Below are positions 55,207 through 64,000 of a stretch of 64,000 bases of DNA, piece by piece; position 1 is the first letter of the stretch; each line of letters opens with the position of its first letter. This stretch comes from Acutalibacteraceae bacterium. GTDB lineage: Bacteria; Bacillota; Clostridia; Oscillospirales; Acutalibacteraceae. The position numbers and the translations under genes were made by a program. The notes under the pieces were generated by a model. The model saw nothing but the letters and a program-made list of their open reading frames with translations. It did not search any database and was not told where the DNA came from. Location of the stretch: positions 47,626 to 111,625 of the forward strand of contig JAZQQZ010000035.1 of assembly GCA_045629305.1 (NCBI GenBank), read 5' to 3'.

Positions 55207-55635
55207 ATGTCAACATATATGCCAAAAGCAGGCGATATTACTCGCGATTGGTATGTTCTTGACGCAGAGGGTAAGACACTCGGTTCACTTGCAACTGAGG
55301 CAGCTACACTTCTTCGCGGCAAGCATAAGCCAACATTTGCTCCTCACGCTGACTGCGGTGACAACGTTATCGTAATCAATGCTGAGAAGATCGTTCTTAC
55401 AGGTAATAAGCTTGAAGATAAGATGTACTATCATCACACAGGTTACATCGGTAACATGAAGCAGATTAAGTACAAAGATCTCATGAAAACAAAGCCAGAG
55501 TTCGTTGTTACTAAGGCTGTAAAGGGTATGCTCCCAGCTACAACACTTGGTAGAACCGCTCTCACAAGACTTCATGTATACGCTGGTCCAGAGCATCCAC
55601 ATGCTGCTCAGAAGCCAGTCGTACGCGAATTTTAA
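55207..55635 (+). CDS. rplM: 50S ribosomal protein L13
   Basis: WYVLDAEGKTLGSLATEAATLLRGKHKPTFAPH. Confidence 0.95.
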   Translation: MSTYMPKAGDITRDWYVLDAEGKTLGSLATEAATLLRGKHKPTFAPHADCGDNVIVINAEKIVLTGNKLEDKMYYHHTGYIGNMKQIKYKDLMKTKPEFVVTKAVKGMLPATTLGRTALTRLHVYAGPEHPHAAQKPVVREF

Positions 55636-55653
55636 TAGGGGAGGGCGTAACTA

Positions 55654-56052
55654 ATGTATAACGAAAATCCATATTTTTACGGTACAGGTCGTAGAAAGAG
55701 CTCAGTAGCTCGTGTACGCGTATACCCAGGTAATGGTAAGATTACAATCAACGATAGAGACATTGACGATTATTTTGGTCTTGATACACTCAAGCTCATC
55801 GTTCGTCAGCCACTTGAGCTTCTTGGTCTTACAGAGAAGTTCGACATCGTATGCCGTGTAAACGGTGGTGGTGTTTCAGGTCAGGCTGGTGCTATCCGTC
55901 ATGGTCTTTCACGTGCTCTTCTTCAGTATGACGAGAATCTTCGTCCAGAACTCAAGAAGGCTGGCTTCCTTACTCGTGATCCACGTATGAAGGAAAGAAA
56001 GAAACCAGGTCTCAAAGGCGCTCGTCGTGCACCTCAGTTCTCAAAGAGATAA
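55654..56052 (+). CDS. rpsI: 30S ribosomal protein S9
   Basis: [12 protein letters not shown]...[14 protein letters not shown]...[12 protein letters not shown]...APQFSKR. Confidence 0.95.
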   Translation: MYNENPYFYGTGRRKSSVARVRVYPGNGKITINDRDIDDYFGLDTLKLIVRQPLELLGLTEKFDIVCRVNGGGVSGQAGAIRHGLSRALLQYDENLRPELKKAGFLTRDPRMKERKKPGLKGARRAPQFSKR

Positions 56053-56062
56053 CAAAAGATAT

Positions 56063-56100
56063 ATGGGAATGCTTTACCTACGAGCATTCCCATTATTATT
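56063..56100 (+). terminator. Terminator-like hairpin after rpsI
   Basis: ATGGGAATGC / GCATTCCCAT stem followed by a T/A-rich tract. Confidence 0.6.
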
Positions 56101-56126
56101 ATGAAATATCTTCAAGGGATTAATGT

Positions 56127-56921
56127 ATGAAGAAAATTAATTTGTTTATAATTTCATTACTGACATTATCATTGGTCTTTCTCACCTCATGCTTTTTGGA
56201 TTCTTCTGAAGAAAGTCAAAACACCGATAATGTTGATTCAAACGTTCGATTTTTACTTGATGGTCGTTATCATCTAGAGGGAACTATAAAATTGGGAAGA
56301 TATAAAGACTATCGTGATGAAAATAATGAATGGGTAACAAATGATATTGAATGGTTTGTTCTTGCCGAAGATACTGAAAATAATAAAATTTTAGTAATAA
56401 GCAAACAAATTATTGATGGCAAGCCTTATGATTCTTCTGGCGAAGCTGTGGCATGGAACGATTCGGAGTTGAGAACTTGGTTAAATACTGAGTTTTTAGA
56501 AAATGCATTTAAAGAATCAGAACAATCAATAATTGCTGAATCGGAGATTTTAAATGATTCTGGGGAAGTAGTATGTGTAGATAAAGTGTTCTTAATTACG
56601 AGTGAACTATTTGGACAATATTTGAGCCCTTATTCTGAATATCCAAAAGAGGCACAAGCAACAGAATACGCATATGAGCAAGGGCTTTTGTGCGGATCGG
56701 GTAAGCATAGACCTAAAACTGGAGGGACAATACGATTTTCAAATGGTGATAAATATTCCTCAAGTTTTAGTTATGCATATTGGTGGTATTTAGATACTGA
56801 AGAAACTAAAAGGATACATTACATTTCTTCAAGTGGAAATCCAGTTACTTCATCATATGATAACGTGGATGATATCTATGGTGTTAGACCTGCGATGTGG
56901 CTGGATTTAAGTAATGGCTAA
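56127..56921 (+). CDS. Lipoprotein of unknown function. From memory it resembles the DUF6273-type family of Firmicute extracellular proteins
   Basis: Lipobox LTSC. IEWFVLAEDTENNKILVISKQ, WNDSELRTWLNTEFLENAF, VFLITSELF, YWWYL, GVRPAMWLDL. The codon usage is AT-rich. Confidence 0.6.
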   Translation: MKKINLFIISLLTLSLVFLTSCFLDSSEESQNTDNVDSNVRFLLDGRYHLEGTIKLGRYKDYRDENNEWVTNDIEWFVLAEDTENNKILVISKQIIDGKPYDSSGEAVAWNDSELRTWLNTEFLENAFKESEQSIIAESEILNDSGEVVCVDKVFLITSELFGQYLSPYSEYPKEAQATEYAYEQGLLCGSGKHRPKTGGTIRFSNGDKYSSSFSYAYWWYLDTEETKRIHYISSSGNPVTSSYDNVDDIYGVRPAMWLDLSNG

Positions 56922-56933
56922 AGGAGTAGTAAT

Positions 56934-57200
56934 ATGGGCTATAGAATTGTTGAGAGAACAGATATAGACGATAATACAAGAGCATATCTTTCATTTCATA
57001 GTTTTTCTGAATATTTTCTCGTAAACTTTATTGTAAATTTGATAGTTTTAGCAGTAAAGATTGTTATCTATCTCGCATTCTTTCCAATATCAATATGGAT
57101 AAGTGTTATTAAAAGAATGGAAAGTGGTAAAAGCAAATTCGTTTTTACAATTGTATGGATCATAATCTGTGTTGTTGCTTTCCTAATATTGTCAGCTTAA
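56934..57200 (+). CDS. Small two-TM membrane protein of unknown function
   Basis: 88 aa with two hydrophobic stretches. RBS AAAGGAG. 12 nt after the previous gene. Confidence 0.5.
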   Translation: MGYRIVERTDIDDNTRAYLSFHSFSEYFLVNFIVNLIVLAVKIVIYLAFFPISIWISVIKRMESGKSKFVFTIVWIIICVVAFLILSA

Positions 57201-57217
57201 AGGGGTTTATTTGAGCT

Positions 57218-58060
57218 ATGCAAATAAAAAAACTTATATGTGATAACTGCAATGGCGTTATTGAATATGATGATGAAAAAGAAATACTTACATGTCCTTA
57301 TTGTGGTTCTGAAGAAATAATCCTATATAGTGAAGAGTTAAAGCTTGCTCAATACAATGCTTCGTCAAAAGAAAGTGATGCTCGTATAGAAGAAGCAGTT
57401 ACAGAACGAGAGACAATAGATGAAAAGGTTGTAATAACAAAAGAGGAAGAAAAAACAAAAAGGGAAATTTCTAGAAATTCTATTATCAAAGATAGCATTT
57501 CAAATGCTACAAAGAATTTTGCTGAAGCCCATTACAACTATAAGGAACACAAACTTGACATTGAACAGAAAAATAAAATAAGTCCTAAAGAACAAAGAAA
57601 AAACGATAAGCAATTTTGGAAAACATGGAGCAAAGTAATGGCTTTTTTTATGGCAATAATTATTGTTACAACTATAATATCCATAATTGACACAAACAAG
57701 AACGAAGATGCAGGAAATATTAGAGCTCCTATTGACCATGAAAATTGTATTGGTAGTAGTGTGAATGTTGTTGAATCAAGTTTTATTGATGCTGGATTTA
57801 ATAATGTACAAACAATTTCATTAAATTATGAAGATGCCTACACACATTATTATAATTATCTAGTTGATGAGCAAGAATCTGATTCAAGTTCTGATGAAAC
57901 ATTGAGTAATGATGAATTACTTCAAAAAGCAAAAGAAGATATTCTTGCCAATCAAGTTGTTGAAATAACTATCTCTGGTAATAATAGTTTTTCTTCAACG
58001 ACTTGGTTTAAACCTAGTGCCACAGTAAGAATATATTGGTATGAGGTTGCTGAACAGTGA
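57218..58060 (+). CDS. Zinc-ribbon membrane protein of unknown function
   Basis: N-terminal CDNC...CPYC zinc ribbon, a charged coiled region, one TM (VMAFFMAIIIVTTIISII), and an extracytoplasmic C-domain. Confidence 0.55.
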   Translation: MQIKKLICDNCNGVIEYDDEKEILTCPYCGSEEIILYSEELKLAQYNASSKESDARIEEAVTERETIDEKVVITKEEEKTKREISRNSIIKDSISNATKNFAEAHYNYKEHKLDIEQKNKISPKEQRKNDKQFWKTWSKVMAFFMAIIIVTTIISIIDTNKNEDAGNIRAPIDHENCIGSSVNVVESSFIDAGFNNVQTISLNYEDAYTHYYNYLVDEQESDSSSDETLSNDELLQKAKEDILANQVVEITISGNNSFSSTTWFKPSATVRIYWYEVAEQ

Positions 58061-58235
58061 TTATTCATAAGTTTGATGTTTATTTGATGTTTAAAAATAT
58101 CGAACGATAAAATGAGATATCTAAAATTCTGTTATGAAAAGGTACATGTGTAATAAAGATATTAAACGTTAGAAATGATTCAAAATGATGTCTTACAGTC
58201 TTTATATTACTTAAAGAGATAACAATTTATCAAGC

Positions 58236-58268
58236 AAAGCACTTCTGCGAAAGCAGGAGTGCTTTTTA
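58236..58268 (+). terminator. Strong intrinsic terminator 175 nt downstream of the nearest stop codon
   Basis: 11-bp stem AGCACTTCTGC / GCAGGAGTGCT with one G-U pair, GAAA tetraloop, then TTTTT. Confidence 0.75.
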
Positions 58269-58331
58269 TTATCTTTATTTATTACATTAAATAGTATATA
58301 ATATACGCAACTTGAAATAGGAGAGATGTAT

Positions 58332-59396
58332 ATGGGTAAAGTAAAAACATTTCTTAAGAAAAAAGACATAGAGATTTCTGGTAAGAGATACGGAATTGAT
58401 GCTCTCGGCGCTATGGCACAGGGCCTTTTCTGCTCGCTTCTTATCGGTACAATATTTAAGACAATCGGCATGATACCCGCTCTTGCATTTTTCACAGATA
58501 TAGGCGGATATGCGATGGCGATGTCTGGCCCTGCTATGGCAGTTGCCATCGGATACGCACTTAAGGCACCGGCAATGGTGCTTTTCTCGCTCGCAACTGT
58601 TGGCTATGCAGCCAATACTTTAGGCGGAGCGGGAGGACCACTTGCCGTGCTGTTTATAGCAATAATTGCTGCTGAGTTTGGTAAGGCAGTATCTAAAGAG
58701 ACTAAGATTGATCTTCTTGTAACACCTACAGTTACAATTCTTGTCGGCGTAGGCCTTGCGGCACTTATCGCTGCACCTATTGGAAAAGCTGCAATGTGGG
58801 TAGGCGACATTATTATGTGGGCTACAAATCAGCAGCCACTTCTTATGGGCATTGTAGTATCTGTAGTCGTAGGTATAGCACTTACGCTTCCAATTTCATC
58901 TGCAGCTATATGCGCAGCACTCAGTCTCACCGGCCTTGCAGGCGGTGCAGCTGTAGCTGGCTGCTGCGCTCAGATGGTGGGCTTCGCAGTTATGTCATTT
59001 AAAGAGAATAAGGTCGGCGGTCTTATCTCTCAGGGACTTGGAACATCTATGCTTCAGATGGCAAATATCGTAAAGAATCCTAAAATATGGATAGCACCTA
59101 CACTTGCATCGGCAATTACAGGTCCTATTGCTACTTGTGTATTCCATCTTGAGATGAACGGTGCAGCTATTAACTCCGGCATGGGTACATGTGGCCTCTG
59201 TGGTCCTATCGGCGTAATCACAGGCTGGTTTAATCCTTCGGTAGAAGGTGTAGCAGCAATCACTCCTACAACATTTAATTGGGTAGGTCTTGCACTTATT
59301 TGTATTGTGCTTCCAGCAATTCTTACATTTATCTTTGGACAGATTGAGAGAAAGATTGGTTGGATTAAAGAAAACGATTTAAAACTTGGTGACTAA
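58332..59396 (+). CDS. Polytopic membrane protein. From memory it resembles the PTS EIIC-like family PTS_EIIC_2
   Basis: GIDALGAMAQGLFCSLLIGTIF plus a Gly/Ala-rich multi-TM body. ATG 58332 lies 8 nt downstream of AGGAG. It ends 1 nt before proB. Confidence 0.55.
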   Translation: MGKVKTFLKKKDIEISGKRYGIDALGAMAQGLFCSLLIGTIFKTIGMIPALAFFTDIGGYAMAMSGPAMAVAIGYALKAPAMVLFSLATVGYAANTLGGAGGPLAVLFIAIIAAEFGKAVSKETKIDLLVTPTVTILVGVGLAALIAAPIGKAAMWVGDIIMWATNQQPLLMGIVVSVVVGIALTLPISSAAICAALSLTGLAGGAAVAGCCAQMVGFAVMSFKENKVGGLISQGLGTSMLQMANIVKNPKIWIAPTLASAITGPIATCVFHLEMNGAAINSGMGTCGLCGPIGVITGWFNPSVEGVAAITPTTFNWVGLALICIVLPAILTFIFGQIERKIGWIKENDLKLGD

Positions 59397-59397
59397 A

Positions 59398-60165
59398 ATG
59401 CGTATAGTAGTTAAGGTGGGCACATCAACACTTGCCCATAAGACAGGAAATTTGAATATTAGAAGAGTTGAGGAACTTTGCAAAGTCCTTTCAGATCTTA
59501 AGAATGCCGGACATGAGATCGTACTCGTATCATCCGGCGCCATTGGCATGGGAGTTGGAAAACTCTCCATGCAGGGCAAGCCGGCTGATATTCCAACAAA
59601 GCAGGCGGCAGCCGCTGTTGGACAGTGCGAGCTCATGTACACCTATGATAAACTCTTCTCAGAATATAACCACACAGTAGGACAGATTCTTCTCACAGGT
59701 GATGATGTAGAGAATGAGCAGAGACATCAAAATTTCCAGAATACTGTATATAAACTTCTTGAACTTGGCGCAATCCCTGTAATAAATGAGAATGACTCAA
59801 TTGCAACAGAGGAAATTGTTATCGGTGATAACGATACTCTCGGCGCAATTGTAGCAACATCAATAGATGCTGACCTTCTTGTTATATTGTCTGATATTGA
59901 TGGACTCTATACAGGCGATCCAAGAAAGGATAAGAATGTTACTCTTATCAAGGAGATAAATGAGATTACAGCCGACGTTGAGACTCTCGCTGGTGACAGT
60001 GGAACGAAACTTGGCACAGGTGGAATGAAGACAAAGCTTGCCGCTGCGAAAATCTCCATGGACGGGGATGTAGAGATGGTGATTACCAATGGTAAGAATC
60101 CGGAAACTCTCTATAATGTCGTAGATGGTAAAGACTTCGTAGGCACTAAATTTAAGAGGAAATAA
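59398..60165 (+). CDS. proB: Glutamate 5-kinase, short form without a PUA domain
   Basis: RIVVKVGTSTL, VLVSSGAIGMG, GDNDTLGA. 255 aa. Confidence 0.9.
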   Translation: MRIVVKVGTSTLAHKTGNLNIRRVEELCKVLSDLKNAGHEIVLVSSGAIGMGVGKLSMQGKPADIPTKQAAAAVGQCELMYTYDKLFSEYNHTVGQILLTGDDVENEQRHQNFQNTVYKLLELGAIPVINENDSIATEEIVIGDNDTLGAIVATSIDADLLVILSDIDGLYTGDPRKDKNVTLIKEINEITADVETLAGDSGTKLGTGGMKTKLAAAKISMDGDVEMVITNGKNPETLYNVVDGKDFVGTKFKRK

Positions 60166-60166
60166 G

Positions 60167-61402
60167 ATGAACACGACACTCGAACTTTGTAAACTTGCCA
60201 AAGCTGCAGCGAAGGATATATCGATGCTCAGCACAGAGGAGAAGAACGACGCTCTTCTTCGCTGTGCAGATAAGCTTATTGAGCATACGGATGATATCCT
60301 TGCTGCCAACGATATAGATGTAGCAAATGCTCGTGGCAATATCTCTGATGTTATGATTGACCGTCTAAGGCTCACAGACGCACGCATTAGGGATATGGCT
60401 GAGGGCATCCGCCAGGTTGCAGGTCTTCCCGACCCTGTCGGCAGAGAAATAAGTGAGGTTGTAAGGCCGAACGGTATAGTAATTAAAAAGGTTGCTGCAC
60501 CTCTTGGTGTGGTAGCAATTATTTATGAGAGTAGACCTAACGTCACAAGCGACGCGGCTGCCCTCTGCTTCAAGAGCGGTAATGCGTGCGTCCTTCGTGG
60601 AGGCAAGGAGAGTTATAACTCATCCCTTGCCGTTGTCTCAGCCCTCAAGGAGGGCCTTCAAAGCATCGGTATTAATTCCGATGCAGTAGGCCTTGTATCA
60701 GACCTTACAAGGCAGAGCGCCACAGACCTCATGACAGCAACAGGTCTTGTAGACCTGCTCATCCCTCGCGGTGGCGCAGGCCTTATCAGAAGTGTAGTAG
60801 AGAATGCCAAGGTACCTTGCATCCAGACAGGCACAGGAATATGCCATGTCTATGTAGATAGGGATGCAGATCAGGACAAGGCACTAAATATCATAGAGAA
60901 CGCGAAGACATCCCGCCCTTCTGTATGTAATGCAGAGGAGGTATGTCTTGTAAATAGAGATATAGCAGAGGAATTCCTTCCAAAGCTCAAGGAGAGAATA
61001 GGAGATAGAGTGGAATTCCGCCTTGATGCTACGGCACAGAAGATAATCGACGGTACTCCAGCAGGTCCAGATGACTTCGATACAGAGTTCCTTGATTACA
61101 TTCTAGCTATTGGAGTAGTAGATAGCACAAAAGAGGCTATAGAGCATATCTCGAAGCACTCCACAGGCCATAGCGAAGCTATTGTCACTGAGAATAGTGA
61201 CGCGGCTGCGGAGTTCGTAAAGGGCATAGACAGCGCTGCTGTTTATGTCAATGTATCTACAAGATTCACAGATGGCGGAGAATTCGGCCTTGGATGTGAG
61301 ATGGGTATCTCAACACAGAAACTCCATGCAAGAGGTCCTGTGGGCCTTGAGGAGCTCAATACATATAAATATGTAATCACTGGCGATGGCCAGATTAGGT
61401 GA
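60167..61402 (+). CDS. proA: Gamma-glutamyl phosphate reductase
   Basis: IYESRPNVT, CNAEEVCLV, HSTGHSEAIVT. Confidence 0.93.
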   Translation: MNTTLELCKLAKAAAKDISMLSTEEKNDALLRCADKLIEHTDDILAANDIDVANARGNISDVMIDRLRLTDARIRDMAEGIRQVAGLPDPVGREISEVVRPNGIVIKKVAAPLGVVAIIYESRPNVTSDAAALCFKSGNACVLRGGKESYNSSLAVVSALKEGLQSIGINSDAVGLVSDLTRQSATDLMTATGLVDLLIPRGGAGLIRSVVENAKVPCIQTGTGICHVYVDRDADQDKALNIIENAKTSRPSVCNAEEVCLVNRDIAEEFLPKLKERIGDRVEFRLDATAQKIIDGTPAGPDDFDTEFLDYILAIGVVDSTKEAIEHISKHSTGHSEAIVTENSDAAAEFVKGIDSAAVYVNVSTRFTDGGEFGLGCEMGISTQKLHARGPVGLEELNTYKYVITGDGQIR

Positions 61403-61403
61403 T

Positions 61404-62192
61404 ATGATGTATAAGTATGGATTTATTGGAGCGGGCAACATGGGCAGCGCCCTTGCAACAGCTCTTAAAATTGATAGGGCAGAGATTGCCATTTCCAATA
61501 GAACAGAGGAAAAAGGTAAGGCATTGGCTGATGCTATTGGCGTAAAATTCACTACAAATGATGACATAGCTTTAAATTCTAAGTATGTCGTACTCGGAGT
61601 GAAGCCACAGGTCCTTCCAGACCTTATGCCAACGCTGGAAAGCGCGTTGTTACGTAACAATAGCGCAATTTTGGTTACAATGGCAGCAGGTGTAAAGTGC
61701 AACACCTTGTCAGAAGACCGTCCGGTTATAAGAATTATGCCTAATACACCTGCATCAATAGGTGAGGGTGTAGTGCTTATTTGCCGTAACGATAAGGTTT
61801 CTGACGAAGACTTCGAGACATTTATCAATGACTTTAAAGACGCTGGAACTATCATAAAGATCGATGAGGACCTCATCGATGCCGCATCAGTTATCTCTGG
61901 CTGCGGTCCAGCTTATATCTACATGTTCATGGACGCGCTCGCAAGAGCAGGAGAGGCCCTTGGCCTCGATTATCAGACCGCAACGGCTCTTGCTATCGCA
62001 ACAGCCCGCGGCTCTGCATCTCTTGCTCGCGCATCATCTGATTCCCTTGAGGAACTTCGAGTTAAAGTGTGTAGCCCTGGCGGCAGCACAATTGAGGGCG
62101 TTAAATCTTTCCAGGAAAACGACCTCGACAATGTCGTAAAAGAAGCCTTAGGTGCAGCATATAATCGCACTAAAGAACTTTCAAAACAGTAA
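61404..62192 (+). CDS. proC: Pyrroline-5-carboxylate reductase
   Basis: YGFIGAGNMGSAL, RIMPNTPA, SPGGSTIEG. The start is ATG 61404 or 61407. Confidence 0.9.
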   Translation: MMYKYGFIGAGNMGSALATALKIDRAEIAISNRTEEKGKALADAIGVKFTTNDDIALNSKYVVLGVKPQVLPDLMPTLESALLRNNSAILVTMAAGVKCNTLSEDRPVIRIMPNTPASIGEGVVLICRNDKVSDEDFETFINDFKDAGTIIKIDEDLIDAASVISGCGPAYIYMFMDALARAGEALGLDYQTATALAIATARGSASLARASSDSLEELRVKVCSPGGSTIEGVKSFQENDLDNVVKEALGAAYNRTKELSKQ

Positions 62193-62289
62193 CAAAGGGT
62201 TACAATTTGTAACACTTTTCGTTGACTTTTATAGGTCACACTATTATAATGTCCTTGGAAAAGGTCTATACCTTTAAAGGAGATTTTGA

Positions 62290-63516
62290 ATGACGAAAAG
62301 CAACAGATTACTTGCAGTTATCTTCTTGTTCGTAGTTTGCTTTACGACAATCATTCTCGCAACAATGTCGACATTCACGGTGAACGTGCTGGCCGATGGC
62401 GAGACTATTTTCGTAAAGACATCTGATGAGAGCATAGACGTGATACTGCAGAAAGCCGGAGTTACTCTCGGCGAACATGATCTTCTCGACACCTCCGATT
62501 TTACAGTTGGGGGAAAAGCGAAAAACGGAAATCAGATTCTCATAAGACGTGCTGTCCCGATTACAATAATCGACGACGGTACTGTCGTTGCCGAACTCAT
62601 GATGGCCGGCACGGTTGACGATGCCCTCAAAGAAGCGAGCATCGAGTGCCGTGATGTCGACAGAATGAATTATAAAGGCACTGAACTCCTCGAGAAGAAC
62701 ATGGAGATTAAAATCGAACGTGCCTTTTCCGTCGACGTCATAGCAGATGGCGAAACGAAGACATCGACACGTCTCGAAGGCACAGTAGCCGATCTTCTTA
62801 CTGAACTGGGTATCACTCTCAGTGAAGATGATGAGGTAAAACCATCGCTTAAAACTGCACTTAAACCAGGCCTTAATATCCATGTTTATCGCGTTACTTA
62901 CGAGAAACGCGAGGAGACGGAGACCATAAAATATAAGACTGTAACTAAGCAGTCTTCGAAGGTTTATGTCGGCGAAACCAAAGTTGACACCAAGGGTGTA
63001 AATGGCGAAAAAGTCGTTACATATCAGGACAAAATTGTCGATGGAAAGCTATCTAAAACGACAGTTTTGAGTGAAAAAGTCACTAAAAAAGCAGTCAATA
63101 AAGTTGTCTTGAAAGGCACTAAAATTAAGGTCGCAGAGAAGACAACTGTAATTGATAAGGATTGCGATACTGGTAAGGGTATTCCTACTAATGCAATTGC
63201 CACATTTTATGGAAAAGGTGTTGCATATACATCTAAGTCAGGCGGGAAGACAGCATCAGGCCATGTAGCTGAAGTTGGATACGTAGCTGTTGATAAGAAA
63301 GTAATTCCTTTCGGCACAGAGATGTATGTTATCTCCGCAGATGGTAAATATGTCTATGGACATTGCATCGCTGCCGATGTTGGTAATTTCAAGTACACGG
63401 ATGAAAGTAGCATCATTGTTGATGTCTACTTCAACACGGAAAACGAGTGTAAGCAATGGGGCAAAAAGAACGTCGTTGTTTACATTACCAAATGGGGCAA
63501 TGGCAAAGTGTCTTAA
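62290..63516 (+). CDS. YabE/RpfB-like cell-wall protein (DUF348 repeats + G5 + 3D domain)
   Basis: N-terminal TM, three repeats of the V..DG....... TVADLL.E.GI.L..-D type, a G5-like region (KVYVGETKVDTKGVNGEKV), and a C-terminal 3D domain (VAVDKKVIPFGTEMYV...CIAADVG). Confidence 0.75.
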   Translation: MTKSNRLLAVIFLFVVCFTTIILATMSTFTVNVLADGETIFVKTSDESIDVILQKAGVTLGEHDLLDTSDFTVGGKAKNGNQILIRRAVPITIIDDGTVVAELMMAGTVDDALKEASIECRDVDRMNYKGTELLEKNMEIKIERAFSVDVIADGETKTSTRLEGTVADLLTELGITLSEDDEVKPSLKTALKPGLNIHVYRVTYEKREETETIKYKTVTKQSSKVYVGETKVDTKGVNGEKVVTYQDKIVDGKLSKTTVLSEKVTKKAVNKVVLKGTKIKVAEKTTVIDKDCDTGKGIPTNAIATFYGKGVAYTSKSGGKTASGHVAEVGYVAVDKKVIPFGTEMYVISADGKYVYGHCIAADVGNFKYTDESSIIVDVYFNTENECKQWGKKNVVVYITKWGNGKVS

Positions 63517-63543
63517 ATGAACAAAAAGCCCATAAGTACAAAT

Positions 63544-63572
63544 AAAAAGGGAGGTTCTACCTCCCTTTTTTT
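63544..63572 (+). terminator. Intrinsic terminator
   Basis: AAGGGAGGT / ACCTCCCTT stem followed by T7. Confidence 0.8.
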
Positions 63573-63641
63573 GTTGTTATCCCATGCCTAAAATGATATA
63601 ATAGAGACGGTATATTTTCGAAATTTTAAGGAGGAGAACTT

Positions 63642-64000
63642 GTGAATAAGAAGAATTTAGCTAAAGTTGGCGCAATTGCTCTTGCTGGCGGAACAGCAGT
63701 AACTGGTGCAGCTGCTTATGGTATTGTTAAGGGCTGGAATTGGCTCCAGGCAAATGCACGTGAGACAATAATCCCACCAGAGGATGGTAAGCCATACGTG
63801 AGCAGCCATTACTATCATGAGGGTGACTACCACATTCATTATCAGGTGGATTTCCCAGCAGCAGGCGTACCAGTAATTGGTAAGATGTTCATGATTCATG
63901 GCTTCGCATGTAATACAACATTCTATGACGAGATGGTTGAAATCCTTACAAAGAAGGGCTTCATCTGCGTTCGCCCTGATGTACCAAACTGTGGATTCTC
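63642..64000 (+). CDS. Membrane-anchored alpha/beta-hydrolase-like protein; N-terminal part only, as it continues beyond the window
   Basis: GTG 63642 lies behind AAGGAGGAG. The N-terminal hydrophobic anchor is VGAIALAGGTAVTGAAAYGIV. FMIHGFACNTTFYDEM resembles an oxyanion-hole HG motif. Confidence 0.5.
   Translation, partial: MNKKNLAKVGAIALAGGTAVTGAAAYGIVKGWNWLQANARETIIPPEDGKPYVSSHYYHEGDYHIHYQVDFPAAGVPVIGKMFMIHGFACNTTFYDEMVEILTKKGFICVRPDVPNCGF

Noticed and set aside
56100-58330. Calling the AT-rich islet a mobile genetic element
   Set aside because: I could find no integrase, transposase, recombinase, tRNA target or flanking direct or inverted repeats. It is reported only as a compositional islet.

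Overview
The window reads as a chromosomal segment from a low-GC Gram-positive anaerobe. Gene content and codon style suggest Clostridia, possibly Lachnospiraceae, but that is inference only. I count about 63 protein-coding genes, and coding density is high. Most of it is housekeeping: htpG, thrS, prmA, lgt, rplU-rpmA, alr, metK behind a SAM-I riboswitch, pncB, ribU behind an FMN riboswitch, folC, hrcA-grpE-dnaK-dnaJ with CIRCE operators, aroQ, galE, rimO-pgsA-cysE-cysS, rplM-rpsI, proBAC, malQ and several ABC transporters. By eye I found no rRNA, tRNA, CRISPR array, transposase or integrase.

The parts worth a second look are:
1. 34861-37160: an atypical LytTR regulator divergent from a translationally coupled ECF-type sigma factor plus a soluble FHA-domain protein. 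LytTR-style direct repeats lie in the shared intergenic region.
2. 48797-51091: a single ORF fusing an XRE HTH, a cupin and an adenylate-forming acyl-CoA synthetase.
3. 56100-58330: an AT-rich three-gene islet (lipoprotein, small membrane protein, zinc-ribbon membrane protein) between the rpsI terminator and an EIIC-like-proBAC operon.
4. 6695-10321: an SPFH / Arc-like RHH / ABC exporter operon with tandem palindromic boxes over its promoter.
5. 2507-4792: a thioester-domain (TQxA) surface adhesin preceded by a tail-less SSB-like gene and a roughly 100-nt structured leader.
6. Ribosome-related oddities: L21 with a Lys/Ala/Pro repeat tail, a very basic small ORF overlapping lgt, and no prp gene.
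7. Three CIRCE copies that bring htpG into the apparent HrcA regulon, one of which also looks like a terminator.

Every functional call rests on motifs I recognise from memory in the translated ORFs. No database search was run.
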